64,000 bases of DNA. Source: Burkholderiales bacterium. Its GTDB lineage: Bacteria > Pseudomonadota > Gammaproteobacteria > Burkholderiales > UBA11063. Below the pieces are notes generated by a model. The model was not told the origin of the DNA. It saw only the letters and a list, made by a program, of their open reading frames with translations, and did not search any database. Position 1 is the stretch's first letter, and every line of letters starts with the position of its first letter. Positions 1 through 12,180 of the stretch are shown piece by piece. The stretch spans positions 7,418 through 71,417 of the forward strand of contig JAQUVM010000002.1 in NCBI GenBank assembly GCA_028693355.1. Reading direction: 5' to 3'. Both the position numbers and the translations under genes were made by a program.

Positions 1-2909
1 TGGAAGATGTAATTCGTGAGCATCCAATTTTATTAAATCGTGCGCCAACATTACATCGTCTTGGTATTCAAGCATTCGAACCTATGTTAATTGAAGGTAA
101 AGCTATTCAATTACATCCATTAGTTTGTTCTGCATTCAATGCCGATTTTGATGGTGACCAAATGGCCGTTCACGTTCCTTTGAGTATTGAGGCTCAAATG
201 GAAGCACGCACTTTGATGTTAGCATCAAACAATGTACTATCTCCTGCACATGGTGAACCAATTGTAGTTCCTTCTCAGGATATTATCTTGGGTCTATATT
301 ACATGACTCGCGAAAAGATTAATGACAAAGGCGAAGGTGCTATCTTTACTGATTTTAAAGAATTAGAAAGAGCTTACCAAACTAATCAAGTTGGTTTACA
401 TGCACAAGTAACTGTTCGTCTACAAGATTGGTATCGTGATGGTACAGGTGAATTTGTTTCTCGTATTGTTCGTCGTACAACAACAGTTGGTCGTTCTATA
501 CTTGCACAAATATTACCAAAAGGTTTAGATTTTGATTTAATTAATAAGCCATTGAAGAAAAAAGAAGTTGCTAAATTAATTAACGTAGCTTTCCGTAAAT
601 GTGGAATTAAAGATACGGTTATTTTAGTCGATCAATTAATGTATACTGGTTTCCAATATTCTACTCGTGGTGGTATTTCTGTATGTGTAGATGACATGCA
701 TGTTCCACAAGCTAAATACGATAAAGTATTAAGTGCTCAAGCAGAAGTAGACGCAATTACACAACAATATAACGAAGGTTTGGTAACTCAAGGTGAACGT
801 TATAATAAAGTGATTGATATTTGGGGTCGTTGTGGTGATGATATCGCTAAAACTCTAATGGGTGAATTATCTAAAGAAGAAGTAACTGATAAAGATGGTA
901 ATAAAGTAGAACAAGATTCTTTCAATTCCATTTATATGATGGCTGATTCTGGTGCCCGTGGTTCGATTGCTCAGATTAAACAGTTATCTGGTATGCGTGG
1001 TTTGATGGCTAAGCCATCTGGTGAAATTATGGAAACTCCGATTACTGCAAACTTCCGTGAAGGATTAACAGTATCTCAGTACTTTATTTCAACGCATGGA
1101 GCTCGTAAAGGTTTATCAGATACGGCATTAAAAACGGCTAATTCGGGTTATTTAACTCGTCGTCTAGTTGATGTTACACAAGATTTAGTAGTAATTGAGA
1201 ATGATTGTGGTACTTCAAATGGTGTTGTAATGCGCTCTATCATCCAAGGTGGTGATGTAATTGAGTCGTTAAAAGATCGTATTTTAGGTCGTTCTATTGC
1301 TGAAGATGTAATTGATCCTGATACACAAAAAGTTATTGCTGAAGCAGGTGCTTTAGTTGATGAAAATCTAGTTGAGACTATTGAACGTACAAATGTGGAT
1401 GAAGTAAAAGTTCGTACACCATTAACTTGCGAGACTCGTTATGGTTTATGTGCTACATGTTATGGTCGTGATTTAGCTCGTGGTTATTTGGTTAATATTG
1501 GTGAAGCAGTTGGTATTGTTGCAGCACAATCAATTGGTGAACCAGGAACTCAGTTAACAATGCGTACATTCCATATTGGTGGTGCGGCTTCTCGTGCAGC
1601 AGCAGTTAGCCAAGTTGAAGCTAAATCATCCGGTATAGTAGGTTGTAAAAATCTTCGTTATGTAACTCGTCCAAATGGTGAAAAAATTATTGTTTCTCGT
1701 TCTGCTGAATTAGTAGTATTAGATCAACATCATCGTGAACGTGAGCAACATAAAGTTCCATATGGAGCTGTATTACATGTATCTCCAGATGAAAAAATTG
1801 ATGCTGGTAAGAAGTTAGCTAGTTGGGATCCACATTCTCGCCCAGTTATTTCTGAGCATGCGGGTATTATCCAGTTAGAAAATGTTGAAGAAGGTTTGAC
1901 TGTAGTTAAAGAAACTGATGAAGTAACTGGTTTAACGGCATTGAAAGTAATTGATCCTGCTAAAGTAAAAGGTTCTAAATCTCGCGATAAGAGTGTAAGA
2001 CCTGTTGCTCGTATGATTGATGCAACTGGAAAAGAAGTTAAAATATTTGGTAGCGATGCACCTGTAATTATTTCTTTCCAAATTGGAGATATTATAGCTG
2101 TACGTGATGGTCAAGAAGTAAACGTTGGTGATATGTTGGCTAAAAAACCACAAGAATCAATGAAAACTCGTGATATTACCGGTGGTTTACCGCGTGTTGC
2201 TGAATTATTTGAAGCTCGTCCTCCTAAAGATGCAGGGATGTTGGCTCGTCAATCTGGAACTATTACTTTTGTTAAAGAAACAAAGGGTAAACATAAGGTT
2301 AAAATTATAGCTGTAAATGGTGAAGAAGCAGAATTATCAATTCCTAAAGATAAAAACATCTTAGTGAATGATGGTGAGTATGTGGAACGTGGACAAATGA
2401 TTGTAGATGGTCCAGTTGATCCACATGAACTTCTAGAAATGAAAGGCATTGAAGAGTTATCTAAGTATATAGCTCATGAAGTGCAAGAAGTTTATCGTTT
2501 ACAAGGTGTTAAGATTAGCGATAAGCATATTGAAACAGTTGTAAGACAAATGTTGCGTCGTGTAGTTGTAACTAACCCAGGTGATAGTAATATATTCTTA
2601 CAAGATGAACAAGTAGAACGTTCTGCTATTCTTGATGAAAATGATATGCTAATTGCTGAAGGTAAACGTCCTGTAGAATACAAAAATATTCTATTAGGTA
2701 TCACGCGTGCTTCATTGAATACAGATTCATTCATATCTGCTGCATCATTCCAAGAGACTACTCGTGTCTTAACTGAGTCGGCTGTAGCTGGTCGTATTGA
2801 CTATTTACGTGGTCTTAAAGAAAATGTAATTATGGGTCGTTTAATTCCTGCTGGAACTGGTGCTGCATATCATCGTGCAAAACGTAAAGCAGAATTATCT
2901 GAGGGATAA
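1..2909 (+). CDS. rpoC: DNA-directed RNA polymerase beta' subunit, 5'-partial (frame open from window start)
   Basis: In-frame upstream of the ORF-track ATG reads [25 protein letters not shown]; catalytic [12 protein letters not shown] motif; [12 protein letters not shown]; [11 protein letters not shown]; [10 protein letters not shown]-terminus. Confidence 0.99.
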   Translation, partial: EDVIREHPILLNRAPTLHRLGIQAFEPMLIEGKAIQLHPLVCSAFNADFDGDQMAVHVPLSIEAQMEARTLMLASNNVLSPAHGEPIVVPSQDIILGLYYMTREKINDKGEGAIFTDFKELERAYQTNQVGLHAQVTVRLQDWYRDGTGEFVSRIVRRTTTVGRSILAQILPKGLDFDLINKPLKKKEVAKLINVAFRKCGIKDTVILVDQLMYTGFQYSTRGGISVCVDDMHVPQAKYDKVLSAQAEVDAITQQYNEGLVTQGERYNKVIDIWGRCGDDIAKTLMGELSKEEVTDKDGNKVEQDSFNSIYMMADSGARGSIAQIKQLSGMRGLMAKPSGEIMETPITANFREGLTVSQYFISTHGARKGLSDTALKTANSGYLTRRLVDVTQDLVVIENDCGTSNGVVMRSIIQGGDVIESLKDRILGRSIAEDVIDPDTQKVIAEAGALVDENLVETIERTNVDEVKVRTPLTCETRYGLCATCYGRDLARGYLVNIGEAVGIVAAQSIGEPGTQLTMRTFHIGGAASRAAAVSQVEAKSSGIVGCKNLRYVTRPNGEKIIVSRSAELVVLDQHHREREQHKVPYGAVLHVSPDEKIDAGKKLASWDPHSRPVISEHAGIIQLENVEEGLTVVKETDEVTGLTALKVIDPAKVKGSKSRDKSVRPVARMIDATGKEVKIFGSDAPVIISFQIGDIIAVRDGQEVNVGDMLAKKPQESMKTRDITGGLPRVAELFEARPPKDAGMLARQSGTITFVKETKGKHKVKIIAVNGEEAELSIPKDKNILVNDGEYVERGQMIVDGPVDPHELLEMKGIEELSKYIAHEVQEVYRLQGVKISDKHIETVVRQMLRRVVVTNPGDSNIFLQDEQVERSAILDENDMLIAEGKRPVEYKNILLGITRASLNTDSFISAASFQETTRVLTESAVAGRIDYLRGLKENVIMGRLIPAGTGAAYHRAKRKAELSEG

Positions 2910-2924
2910 ACATCAATTTTAATA

Positions 2925-2964
2925 TTTAAAACACAGATATAAAACTTAATATTTGTGTTTTAAA
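2925..2964. terminator. AT-rich hairpin after rpoC, probable terminator
   Basis: tttaaaacacagatat / atatttgtgttttaaa inverted repeat (16 bp, one G-U), 8-nt loop. Confidence 0.55.
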
Positions 2965-2978
2965 ATTATTAAATTTTA

Positions 2979-2987
2979 TGCTATAAT
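2979..2987 (+). promoter_or_regulatory. Extended -10 promoter of trxA
   Basis: TGCTATAAT (TGn-TATAAT) 32 bp upstream of the trxA ATG. Confidence 0.65.
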
Positions 2988-3019
2988 TACAAATATGGAT
3001 TTACATTTAGGAAAATATA

Positions 3020-3343
3020 ATGAGTAATTTAATACAAATCACGGATGCTTCTTTTGAAGCAGATGTTGTAAAGTCTGAAATTCCTGTATTGGTTGATTTT
3101 TGGGCTGAATGGTGTGGACCTTGTCGTATGGTTGCTCCTATTTTAGAAGAACTATCTAAAGAGTATGCAGGTAAGGTGAAGATTGTTAAGTTAAATGTAG
3201 ATGAAAATAATGTTTCAGCTGCAACTTACGGTGTTCGCGGTATCCCAACTTTATTATTATTTAAAGATGGTCAAGTTGTAGGCACAAAAGTTGGTGCATT
3301 ACCAAAGGGACAATTGTCAGCTTTTATTGACAGCAGTCTATAA
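3020..3343 (+). CDS. trxA: Thioredoxin
   Basis: [13 protein letters not shown] active site; 107 aa; upstream of rho. Confidence 0.98.
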   Translation: MSNLIQITDASFEADVVKSEIPVLVDFWAEWCGPCRMVAPILEELSKEYAGKVKIVKLNVDENNVSAATYGVRGIPTLLLFKDGQVVGTKVGALPKGQLSAFIDSSL

Positions 3344-3351
3344 TATGAATT

Positions 3352-3390
3352 AAAATGATTATCTCGATTAGAGATAATCATTTTGTTTTT
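3352..3390 (+). terminator. Intrinsic terminator between trxA and rho
   Basis: Perfect 14-bp stem aaaatgattatctc/gagataatcatttt, 5-nt loop, followed by T-run. Confidence 0.75.
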
Positions 3391-3460
3391 TATAATCAAT
3401 CAATTCACTAAGTTCCAAATCCAAAAATTCTCCAAATATATTCTATTTTTCAAAATTAAT
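3391..3460 (+). promoter_or_regulatory. rho -10 element (TATAAT 3391-3396) and C-rich/G-poor leader, rut-like
   Basis: 13 C versus 1 G counted in these 70 nt; TCCAAA occurs three times. Confidence 0.45.
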
Positions 3461-3505
3461 TAGAAACTAAGTGAAAATAATCACAATTAAATTTTTAGGT
3501 GTTAT

Positions 3506-4762
3506 ATGCATTTATTAGAAATCAAAGATCTTCATGTTGCTCAATTATTAGAAATGGCCGCAGGTCATAATATTGAAAACGCTAGTCGTTTACGTAAGCA
3601 TGATTTAATTTTTGCAATTTTGCGAAAAGTTGCTGAAAAAGGTGAAAATATTCAAGGTGGTGGTGTGTTAGAGGTTTTGCAGGATGGATTTGGTTTCCTA
3701 CGCTCTCCTGATACATCTTATTTAGCAAGCCATGATGATATTTATATTAGTCCAAGTCAGATTCGTCGGTTTAACTTGCAAACTGGAGATACGATTGATG
3801 GTGAAATTCGCATGCCAAAAGAAGGCGAAAAATATTTTGCGATTGTTCGTGTAGATAAGGTTAATGGTAATACTCCAGAAAGTAATAAACATAAAATTCT
3901 GTTTGAGAATTTGACACCGTTATTTCCTGAACAACAATTATATTTAGAGCAAGATATTAAAGGTGAAGAAAATTATACTGGGCGTATAATAGATCTATTT
4001 TCTCCAATAGGAAAAGGGCAACGTGGATTACTAGTAGCTCCTCCAAAAACAGGTAAAACTGTTATGCTAAAACACATCGCTCATTCAATTACAGCAAATC
4101 ATCCAGAAGTTGAGTTAATTGTACTTTTAATAGATGAGCGCCCAGAAGAAGTTACAGAAATGCAACGTTCTGTCAAAGGTGAAGTTGTCTCATCAACATT
4201 TGATGAACCAGCTGCTCGTCATGTACAAGTGGCAGAAATGGTTATAGAGAAGGCAAAGCGCTTAGTTGAAAGTAAGAAAGATGTTGTTATTCTATTAGAT
4301 TCAATTACTCGTTTAGCTAGAGCTTATAATACTGTTGCTCCGGCATCTGGTAAAATATTAACTGGTGGTGTGGATGCTAATGCTTTACATCGTCCAAAAC
4401 GCTTCTTTGGTGCAGCTCGTAATATTGAAGAAGGTGGCTCATTAACTATTATTGCAACGGCATTAGTAGAAACTGGTTCTCGCATGGATGATGTTATCTA
4501 TGAAGAGTTCAAGGGAACTGGTAATATGGAGTTACACTTGGATCGTGAAATTGCGCAAAGAAGAATTTACCCAGCAATTGATATTTTACGTTCAGGAACA
4601 CGACGCGAAGAGTTGTTATTAGGTAAAGATAATTTACAGAAGTTATGGGTTTTACGTAAATATTTAGCTGATAAACAATCAATTGAAGCAAGCGGATTTG
4701 TTTTAGAAAAAATACGTGAAACAAAAAATAATAGTGATTTTTTTGATGCGATGAAACGTTAA
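3506..4762 (+). CDS. rho: Transcription termination factor Rho
   Basis: [11 protein letters not shown]-binding motif; [19 protein letters not shown] Walker A; [11 protein letters not shown]; [10 protein letters not shown]. Confidence 0.99.
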   Translation: MHLLEIKDLHVAQLLEMAAGHNIENASRLRKHDLIFAILRKVAEKGENIQGGGVLEVLQDGFGFLRSPDTSYLASHDDIYISPSQIRRFNLQTGDTIDGEIRMPKEGEKYFAIVRVDKVNGNTPESNKHKILFENLTPLFPEQQLYLEQDIKGEENYTGRIIDLFSPIGKGQRGLLVAPPKTGKTVMLKHIAHSITANHPEVELIVLLIDERPEEVTEMQRSVKGEVVSSTFDEPAARHVQVAEMVIEKAKRLVESKKDVVILLDSITRLARAYNTVAPASGKILTGGVDANALHRPKRFFGAARNIEEGGSLTIIATALVETGSRMDDVIYEEFKGTGNMELHLDREIAQRRIYPAIDILRSGTRREELLLGKDNLQKLWVLRKYLADKQSIEASGFVLEKIRETKNNSDFFDAMKR

Positions 4763-4779
4763 GAAATATTATTAAATTT

Positions 4780-4825
4780 ATAGTAAAATGGCATGCGGAC
4801 ATAGTCTGTATAGCCATTTTACTAT
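4780..4825. terminator. Long hairpin after rho
   Basis: atagtaaaatggc/gccattttactat outer stem plus 8-bp inner stem with G-U pairs. Confidence 0.65.
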
Positions 4826-4833
4826 GGTAAAAT
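4825..4833 (+). promoter_or_regulatory. Extended -10 promoter of tkt
   Basis: TGGTAAAAT 51 bp upstream of ATG. Confidence 0.55.
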
Positions 4834-4884
4834 TGTTGCTAGTTATAGATATATAATAATAAGTATGTAAGGATACATAATAGA

Positions 4885-6888
4885 ATGACTAATTATGCTC
4901 TAATGGCTAATGCTATAAGAATGTTGTCTGCTGATGCAGTTGAAAAAGCTAAATCAGGACACCCCGGTGCTCCTATGGGTATGGCAGAAATGGGTGTTAC
5001 TTTATGGAGAGATCATCTTCGTCATAGCCCAATGAACCCAAATTGGATAAACCGTGACCGTTTTATATTGAGTAATGGTCATGCTTCAATGTTTATTTAC
5101 AGCTTATTACATTTAACAGGTTATAAAGTATCAATTGATGATTTAAAAAATTTTCGTCAATTACACTCTTCAACACCCGGGCATCCTGAATATGGTTATA
5201 CTCCAGGAGTAGAAACTACAACAGGTCCTTTGGGTCAAGGGATTACTAATGCCGTGGGAATGGCATTGGCAGAAAAAGTTTTAGCAAATAAATATAACCG
5301 AGAACATTATGATGTTATAGATCATCATACTTATGCCTTTGTTGGTGATGGATGTCTTATGGAAGGTATCTCTCATGAAGCATGTGCATTAGCTGGTACT
5401 TGGCAGCTAGGTAAGTTAATTGTTTTTTATGATGACAATGGTATTTCAATCGATGGTGAAGTAGAGGCTTGGTTTAATGAAGATGTTCATAAACGTTTTG
5501 AATCATATCACTGGCAAGTAATTGGTCCTATTGATGGACATAATGTTGAAGAACTAGATTTAGCAGTACGTAAAGCTAAAATGGTACACAATAAGCCATC
5601 TTTAATTATTTGCAAAACAAAAATAGGTAAGGGTTCACCAAATAAAGTTGGTAAAGAAGAATGTCATGGATCTCCTTTAGGTACTAGTGAACTAGATCTA
5701 GTTCGTAAAGAGCTAAATTGGAGTTACGCTCCATTTGAGGTTCCTGATGATGTATATACTGATTTTGATTGCAAAGGTAAAGGATTACAGTCTGAGAATG
5801 AGTGGAATCAAATGTTTACTGAATATCAATCTCGTCATCATGAATTAGCTAATGAATTGCTTCGTTGTCATAATCATGAGTTGCCAGATAATTGGTCAGA
5901 AATTTTGTCATCTGCTATTGAAGACGCAAATGAGAAAAAAGAAACAATTGCAACGCGTAAAGCTTCGCAAAATTCAATTGAATATTTTTCTAAACATATA
6001 CCAGAATTTTTTGGTGGTTCAGCTGATTTAACTGGCTCAAATTTGACACGTTGGAAAGATGCTATCTCTTTAGATGAGAGTAATCACTTTATTGGTAATT
6101 ATGCTTCGTATGGCGTGCGAGAGTTTGGTATGTCTGCGATTATGAATGGTATTTATTTACATGGCGGATTAAGACCATTTGGTGGTACATTTTTAATGTT
6201 CTCTGAATACGCGCGTAATGCATTAAGAATGGCAAGTCTTATGAAGATTGCGCCAATTTTTGTATATACGCATGATTCAATTGGGCTTGGCGAAGATGGT
6301 CCTACACATCAACCTGTGGAACAGATAGCTTCATTAAGACTTATCCCTAATATGAATGTATGGCGTCCTTGTGATACTGTTGAAACAATGGTAGCTTGGG
6401 GTAGTGCTATTGAAAATACTACAACTCCAACATCATTAGTTTTTTCTCGCCAAAACCTTAAATTTATTGAACGAAATAAAGAACAAGTTGCAAGTATATC
6501 TAAAGGTGCGTATGTCATCAAAGATGCTGGTGTAAATCCAGATTATGCAATAATTGCAACTGGATCTGAGGTTGAACTAGCTTTAGCGGTTGCTGATAAA
6601 CTAAATATATTAGGTAAGTCTGTGCGAATAATATCGATGCCATCAACAAATGTTTTTGATAAACAGTCACCTGAGTATAAAAAGTCAGTGTTAAGCGGTG
6701 CTAAAAAATTAGTTGCTATTGAAGCTGGTGTTAAAGATACTTGGTATAAATATGTTGGTATTGATGGGGTTGTTATTGGTATGGATTCATTTGGTGAATC
6801 AGCGCCTGCTGGTAAATTATTTACACATTTTGGTTTTACCGTAGATACAATTATAGAGAAAATTTGTAATGGAGATAAAAATGCCTAA
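4885..6888 (+). CDS. tkt: Transketolase
   Basis: SGHPGAPMG; [10 protein letters not shown]; [11 protein letters not shown] motif; [16 protein letters not shown]. Confidence 0.99.
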   Translation: MTNYALMANAIRMLSADAVEKAKSGHPGAPMGMAEMGVTLWRDHLRHSPMNPNWINRDRFILSNGHASMFIYSLLHLTGYKVSIDDLKNFRQLHSSTPGHPEYGYTPGVETTTGPLGQGITNAVGMALAEKVLANKYNREHYDVIDHHTYAFVGDGCLMEGISHEACALAGTWQLGKLIVFYDDNGISIDGEVEAWFNEDVHKRFESYHWQVIGPIDGHNVEELDLAVRKAKMVHNKPSLIICKTKIGKGSPNKVGKEECHGSPLGTSELDLVRKELNWSYAPFEVPDDVYTDFDCKGKGLQSENEWNQMFTEYQSRHHELANELLRCHNHELPDNWSEILSSAIEDANEKKETIATRKASQNSIEYFSKHIPEFFGGSADLTGSNLTRWKDAISLDESNHFIGNYASYGVREFGMSAIMNGIYLHGGLRPFGGTFLMFSEYARNALRMASLMKIAPIFVYTHDSIGLGEDGPTHQPVEQIASLRLIPNMNVWRPCDTVETMVAWGSAIENTTTPTSLVFSRQNLKFIERNKEQVASISKGAYVIKDAGVNPDYAIIATGSEVELALAVADKLNILGKSVRIISMPSTNVFDKQSPEYKKSVLSGAKKLVAIEAGVKDTWYKYVGIDGVVIGMDSFGESAPAGKLFTHFGFTVDTIIEKICNGDKNA

Positions 6889-7897
6889 GATTCGAGTTGC
6901 AATTAGTGGTTATGGACGTATTGGTCGAAATGTATTACGAGCTATATATGAAACTAATAGAACTGATGAGTTTGAGATTGTTGCAGTAAATGCAACAGGA
7001 ACTGATTTATCGGTGCAAGCATTGTTAACTCAGAGAGATACAGTGCAAGGATTTTTCCCATATAAGGTTGAAGCCGTAGAAAATGGTCTAAATATTGATG
7101 GTAAATTTATCCCATTTTGTGCAGAAAGAGACCCTACAAAGTTACCATGGAAAGAATTTAATGTTGATGTAGTTATGGAATGTACTGGCGCATTTACATC
7201 TAAAGTTAAAGCGATGGCTCATATAAATGCAGGCGCAAAGAAAGTTATTATTTCTTCTCCTGGAGGAGATGATGTTGATGCAACTATAGTCTATGGCGTT
7301 AATCATAATATTTTAACTAAAGAAATGCAGGTAGTTTCAAATGCTTCTTGTACAACAAATTGTTTAGCTCCAGTTGCAAAAGTATTGAATGATGCAATCG
7401 GTATTGAAAATGGTTTAATGACTACAATCCATGCTTTTACAAATGATCAAAATTTAACTGATGTTTATCATAAAGATGCCCGTCGTGCGCGCTCTGCTAC
7501 TTCATCTATGATTCCTACTAAGACAGGTGCAGCAGCAGCTGTTGGTTTAGTGTTGCCAGAATTAAAGGGTAAAATTGATGGTTTAGCTATTCGTGTGCCT
7601 ACGATTAATGTGTCATTGGTTGATTTAGTATTCACAGCAAAAAAAGAAGTAACTAAAGAAGAAGTTAATAAATTAATTAAAGATGCTTCGGATGGATTTT
7701 TAAAAGGTATCTTAGGGTATAATAAAGATCCTTTAGTTTCGATTGATTTTAATCATACTGTAGAATCTTCTATATTTGACTCAACTCAAACTAGAGTTAA
7801 TGGCAACCTTGTTAAAGTATTTGCATGGTATGATAATGAGTGGGGTTTTTCAAACCGTATGTTAGATACAGCAAAAGCACTAATAGAAGCTAAGTGA
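6881..7897 (+). CDS. gap: Type I glyceraldehyde-3-phosphate dehydrogenase (start moved to ATG 6881, GGAG RBS at 6871-6874)
   Basis: GYGRIGRN; [11 protein letters not shown] catalytic Cys; [11 protein letters not shown]. Confidence 0.97.
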   Translation: MPKIRVAISGYGRIGRNVLRAIYETNRTDEFEIVAVNATGTDLSVQALLTQRDTVQGFFPYKVEAVENGLNIDGKFIPFCAERDPTKLPWKEFNVDVVMECTGAFTSKVKAMAHINAGAKKVIISSPGGDDVDATIVYGVNHNILTKEMQVVSNASCTTNCLAPVAKVLNDAIGIENGLMTTIHAFTNDQNLTDVYHKDARRARSATSSMIPTKTGAAAAVGLVLPELKGKIDGLAIRVPTINVSLVDLVFTAKKEVTKEEVNKLIKDASDGFLKGILGYNKDPLVSIDFNHTVESSIFDSTQTRVNGNLVKVFAWYDNEWGFSNRMLDTAKALIEAK

Positions 7898-7918
7898 TAA
7901 ATATATTAAGGATATGTT

Positions 7919-8965
7919 ATGTTTAAAAGATTTCTAAGTTTATTTTCAAATAGTATTGCAATAGATTTAGGCACAGCAAATACAATTGTTTATTCGTATG
8001 GTAAAGGGATTGTTCTAAATGAACCTTCTATGGTTGCAGTTGCTGTAGATAAAAATGGAATTAATAAACGAATTGTTGCGGTTGGTCAAGAAGCTAAGAC
8101 TATGCTTGGTAAAACTCCTGGTCAAATTGAAGTTATTCGCCCAATGAAAGATGGCGTTATTGCTGACTTTTATATTACTGAACAGATGATAAAATATTTT
8201 ATTAAAAAATCATCTAAGCAGTCAATTATGTCATTTCCTCCTACTATAGTTATTTGCGTTCCTTGTGGTTCAACACAGGTAGAGCGTAGAGCAATTAAAG
8301 ATTCAGCTTTGGCTGCTGGTGCTCGACATGTGGAAATTATTGAAGAAGCTATGGCGGCAGCTATTGGAGCAAATTTACCAGTAGAGTCTCCTAAGGCATC
8401 TATGATTATTGATATCGGTGGTGGTACCACAGAAGTCGGCGTAATTTCATTAGGTGGATTAGTATATGCTAACTCAATTCGAGTAGCAGGAGATCGCTTT
8501 GATGAAGTTATTATTAACTATGTTCGCTCAAAGCATGGTCTATTGATTGGTGATTCTACAGCTGAATCTATAAAAAAACAAATAGCATCCGCTCATCCTA
8601 GTGCTGATGTTAAAGAGAGTATGGTTATTCGTGGACGTAGTATATATGATGGATTACCAAAACAAATTGAAATTACATCAGAAGAGCTTCGTTTAGCCCT
8701 AACTGATCCTTTAGAGCAAATAGTTGTTGCAGTTAAGCAAGCTTTAGAGCTAACTCCTCCAGAATTATCAGCTGATTTAATGGAAAGCGGATTTGTTTTA
8801 ACTGGTGGTGGAGCTCTACTGAGAGGATTAAATACCTTATTAGAAGATATTTCAAAACTTAAAGTAACTATTGCAGATGAACCATTACTATGTGTAGCAA
8901 AAGGATGTGGAATGTCTTTAGAGCATTTAACTAATAGTAAGATTTATTTTAATCGCATAAGATAA
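7919..8965 (+). CDS. mreB: Rod shape-determining protein MreB
   Basis: IAIDLGTANT; RPMKDGVIADF; IDIGGGTTEV; LTGGGALL. Confidence 0.98.
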   Translation: MFKRFLSLFSNSIAIDLGTANTIVYSYGKGIVLNEPSMVAVAVDKNGINKRIVAVGQEAKTMLGKTPGQIEVIRPMKDGVIADFYITEQMIKYFIKKSSKQSIMSFPPTIVICVPCGSTQVERRAIKDSALAAGARHVEIIEEAMAAAIGANLPVESPKASMIIDIGGGTTEVGVISLGGLVYANSIRVAGDRFDEVIINYVRSKHGLLIGDSTAESIKKQIASAHPSADVKESMVIRGRSIYDGLPKQIEITSEELRLALTDPLEQIVVAVKQALELTPPELSADLMESGFVLTGGGALLRGLNTLLEDISKLKVTIADEPLLCVAKGCGMSLEHLTNSKIYFNRIR

Positions 8966-9747
8966 TGAGGTTCTATAGATTCTGGCTTATATTTTTGGGT
9001 ATAGGCCTTATTTCTTTGGATAAATTTTCATTTGTAGGTTTTGCACGTGATTATGTAACGATATTTATTGAGAAGCAAGTATCTTTATCTATATATAGAG
9101 TTAGAAATTATCCACTATTGCTAATTCTAAATACGCAGCAGCAACGTGAGTTAGCTAAAGAAAATGCTGATTTGCAGAAAAAAGTAGAACAATATTCTGT
9201 TATGTTACAACAAAGCCAAAATCAAAATATTGAAATAAAAAATGCTAGTATGTTAAAAGATGATGTAGTATACAATAATTTTCAGCAAACAATTGCAAAA
9301 GCTATTTTGGATGTGAATTTTTTTGCTAATAACCAAGTGTTAATCGATATTGGTAGCAATAAAAATATTAATTTGGGTGATGCAGTTGTTAACAAAGATG
9401 GAGTAATTGGTCAAATTAATAGCGTTAATAAAGCTAGTGCACAATTAATGTTTGTTACCAACCCTGATTTTAAAATTTACTTACAATCTAAAACAACAAA
9501 AGCTAAAATGTTAGCGCAGGGTGGAGGCCATAATTCTATTATAGTAAACTATATTGATAAGAGTGATAATTTACAAGTTGGTGATATACTAGAAACAACT
9601 GGTTTAGATGATACGTATCCGATGGGAATTCCGGTAGCGAAAGTTACCAAAATTTTTTATGAAAATAATGGTTTTAATAATGCAGTTTGCGTACCAGTCG
9701 TAAATTATAATGCGATGCAGTATGTTTTGGTTTTACACAAAGAATGA
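8965..9747 (+). CDS. mreC: Rod shape-determining protein MreC
   Basis: N-terminal TM, coiled coil, GVIGQI and TTGLDDTYPMGIPVAKV beta motifs; between mreB and mreD. Confidence 0.9.
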   Translation: MRFYRFWLIFLGIGLISLDKFSFVGFARDYVTIFIEKQVSLSIYRVRNYPLLLILNTQQQRELAKENADLQKKVEQYSVMLQQSQNQNIEIKNASMLKDDVVYNNFQQTIAKAILDVNFFANNQVLIDIGSNKNINLGDAVVNKDGVIGQINSVNKASAQLMFVTNPDFKIYLQSKTTKAKMLAQGGGHNSIIVNYIDKSDNLQVGDILETTGLDDTYPMGIPVAKVTKIFYENNGFNNAVCVPVVNYNAMQYVLVLHKE

Positions 9748-10214
9748 AAAATAATTTAAAATATCTAATTATGTTATTGGCTGCGGTATTTACACAGTTT
9801 ATGGTAAATAACTTTACTATTTTTTATGTAGATATTTTTGGTGCTGTATTAGTAATTGCACTATTATTAGGCTCTTATTCATGGTTGTTTTTAATTTGCT
9901 TAAGCCTCTTGGCGGATTTGCTTAGTCATTGGTACTTAGGTACACATCTTATAGGTATGGTGTTGATTAGCATCATGTCAGATAAAATAGTTAACTTTTA
10001 CCGAATATCTAATCCATTAAATAAATTTGTGATAGCTGTATTCTATTATCTACTATTATTTTTTATAATAGTGCTGATAGGTTTTATTACAAAGAAAGTC
10101 TTTTTTTCTGTAACGAGTCTATTATTTCAAATATTTGTTGTTCTCCCAATAGTACAATTAATTGTACATGCATTGGCTAAAAAAAATAAATCTAATTCTT
10201 TATTTTATGAATAA
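9744..10214 (+). CDS. mreD: Rod shape-determining protein MreD
   Basis: 156-aa polytopic membrane protein, LADLLSHWYLGTH motif, position after mreC. Confidence 0.8.
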   Translation: MKNNLKYLIMLLAAVFTQFMVNNFTIFYVDIFGAVLVIALLLGSYSWLFLICLSLLADLLSHWYLGTHLIGMVLISIMSDKIVNFYRISNPLNKFVIAVFYYLLLFFIIVLIGFITKKVFFSVTSLLFQIFVVLPIVQLIVHALAKKNKSNSLFYE

Positions 10215-12180
10215 ATCAAGAGTAGTTGCCGCGTATTTATTTATTATATGCGGATTATTAGTATTAGCACTAAGATATGCATGGTTACAAGTCTCAGATC
10301 ATAATATATTATTACAAAAGTCTATAAATAACTATTCTTCTGTTGTTGCAACCCAACCAACTCGTGGCGTTATAATGGATTCTGAAAGCGTTATCTTGGC
10401 AGATAATAAGCTATCTTATGCAGTTGCTATTTTGCCTAAATACTCACGAAATAATATTGAATCTGTTTTTGATTTTTTATCATCTCGCATAAATCTTACA
10501 GCATTTGACAAAAAAAATTATTATAAGCAGTTAAATATTTCTAAAAACTATGATTGGGTTATTATAAAAGATGGCTTATCTAATATAGAAGTTGCTAAAC
10601 TTGTTGCTGATAGTTATCAAATGCCAAATTTAAATGTATTTGGGCATACTAAAAGATATTATCCATTTCAAGATTTATATGCTCATAGTATTGGTTACGT
10701 CGGTCGAATTAGTCAAAAAGATAAGAGCAAAATAGAATCAGCTGGTAATGAAAAAAATTATATGTCAAATGATTATTTTGGTAAAAGTGGCATAGAGCAA
10801 TATTACGAATCTGATTTAAGAGGCTTTATGGGCAAAAAAGTTATTAGAACTGATGCATATGGGAATGAGGTAGGTTTAATAGCAAATACGCCAGCAACAG
10901 ATGGATATGCCTTACAATTAACTATTAATAATAGGTTACAGCAAAAGGCAAGTCAGCTTTTAGGTAGTAGAAAAGGTGCAATTGTTGCCATAGATCCACA
11001 AACTGGCGGAGTTTTAGCTTTTGTTTCGAAACCATCATATGACGCAAATCTATTTTTGGATGGTATTAGTCCTAGTGATTGGGAAGATTTACGTGAAGAT
11101 GATAGAAACCCGTTATTGAATAGGGCTAGCCAAGGTACATATCCACCAGGTTCAACATTTAAGCCATTTTTAGCTGCAGTATCTTTATATGCAGGAGTTC
11201 GTTCTCCAAGTTATCGTTTTAATGATATAGGATATTTTACATTACCTGGATCTACTCATCGGTTTAGAAATAGTGGAGATGAGGTACTTGGGAATATTAA
11301 TATTGTTGATGCTGTAGCACATTCATCTGATGCCTTCTTTTATAAACTGGGCTTAGATATGGGTGTTGACAGAATGAATAAAACGCTTTCTATGTTTAGT
11401 TTTGGAGCTAAAACAGGAATAGATTTACCACAAGAGAATACGGGCCTTTTACCATCACGTGCTTGGAAGGCTAAACGCTTTGCAAAAAATCCATATCAAA
11501 AAAATTGGCTGCCTGCAGATAGTGTTACTATGGGGGTGGGACAAGGATTTAATCATTATACGCCGTTACAAATGGCATTTGCAACGTCTATTTTAGCTAA
11601 TAGTGGCACAGTTAGAAGGCCTCATTTTTTAGATAAAATATTAAAAAAAGATGGATCTATTTATTATACTTATAATGAATCAGCAGGTCATCTTCCAATC
11701 TCTAAATCAGATTTAACGTTAATACAAAATGGAATGGTTCGTGTTATGCAAGTTGGAACCGGTAAGAGAGTTGGCGCTGGGGCGGCTTATTCTATGGCTG
11801 GAAAGACAGGTACTGCACAGGTTGTTGGATTACAGCAAGGAAGTCGTAAATCTAAATTTAGTGGTGAAAAATATAAAGATCATTCTTGGTTTATTGCGTA
11901 TGCACCTGTGGAAAACCCTAAAATAGCTATTGCAGTAATTGTTGAAAATGCAGGTTTTGGAGCAGCTGTTGCAGGCCCGATAGTAAGGCAAGTATTTGAT
12001 ACCTATTTACTTAAGCATTCAGTTGTTAGTAATGAAAGTGCTGTATTAGAGCCAACATATAAGAAATTTAAACCTGAAAAAGAGCAGGTAAATCCAATAA
12101 AACATGAAGATAATGTTATTGATAACGATCTTCAAGAAGAAGAGCAAGGTGATTTAAATGAGCAATCTGACTCCGAGTAA
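10207..12180 (+). CDS. mrdA: Penicillin-binding protein 2 (start probably ATG 10207)
   Basis: PTRGVIMD; GKSGIEQYYE; YPPGSTFK (SxxK); HSSDAFFY (SxD); AGKTGTAQ (KTG). Confidence 0.97.
   Translation: MNKSRVVAAYLFIICGLLVLALRYAWLQVSDHNILLQKSINNYSSVVATQPTRGVIMDSESVILADNKLSYAVAILPKYSRNNIESVFDFLSSRINLTAFDKKNYYKQLNISKNYDWVIIKDGLSNIEVAKLVADSYQMPNLNVFGHTKRYYPFQDLYAHSIGYVGRISQKDKSKIESAGNEKNYMSNDYFGKSGIEQYYESDLRGFMGKKVIRTDAYGNEVGLIANTPATDGYALQLTINNRLQQKASQLLGSRKGAIVAIDPQTGGVLAFVSKPSYDANLFLDGISPSDWEDLREDDRNPLLNRASQGTYPPGSTFKPFLAAVSLYAGVRSPSYRFNDIGYFTLPGSTHRFRNSGDEVLGNINIVDAVAHSSDAFFYKLGLDMGVDRMNKTLSMFSFGAKTGIDLPQENTGLLPSRAWKAKRFAKNPYQKNWLPADSVTMGVGQGFNHYTPLQMAFATSILANSGTVRRPHFLDKILKKDGSIYYTYNESAGHLPISKSDLTLIQNGMVRVMQVGTGKRVGAGAAYSMAGKTGTAQVVGLQQGSRKSKFSGEKYKDHSWFIAYAPVENPKIAIAVIVENAGFGAAVAGPIVRQVFDTYLLKHSVVSNESAVLEPTYKKFKPEKEQVNPIKHEDNVIDNDLQEEEQGDLNEQSDSE

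Noticed and set aside
2850-2909. Short RpoC C-terminal tail as truncation
   Set aside because: The conserved GRLIPAGTG motif is complete; the tail after it varies widely in length
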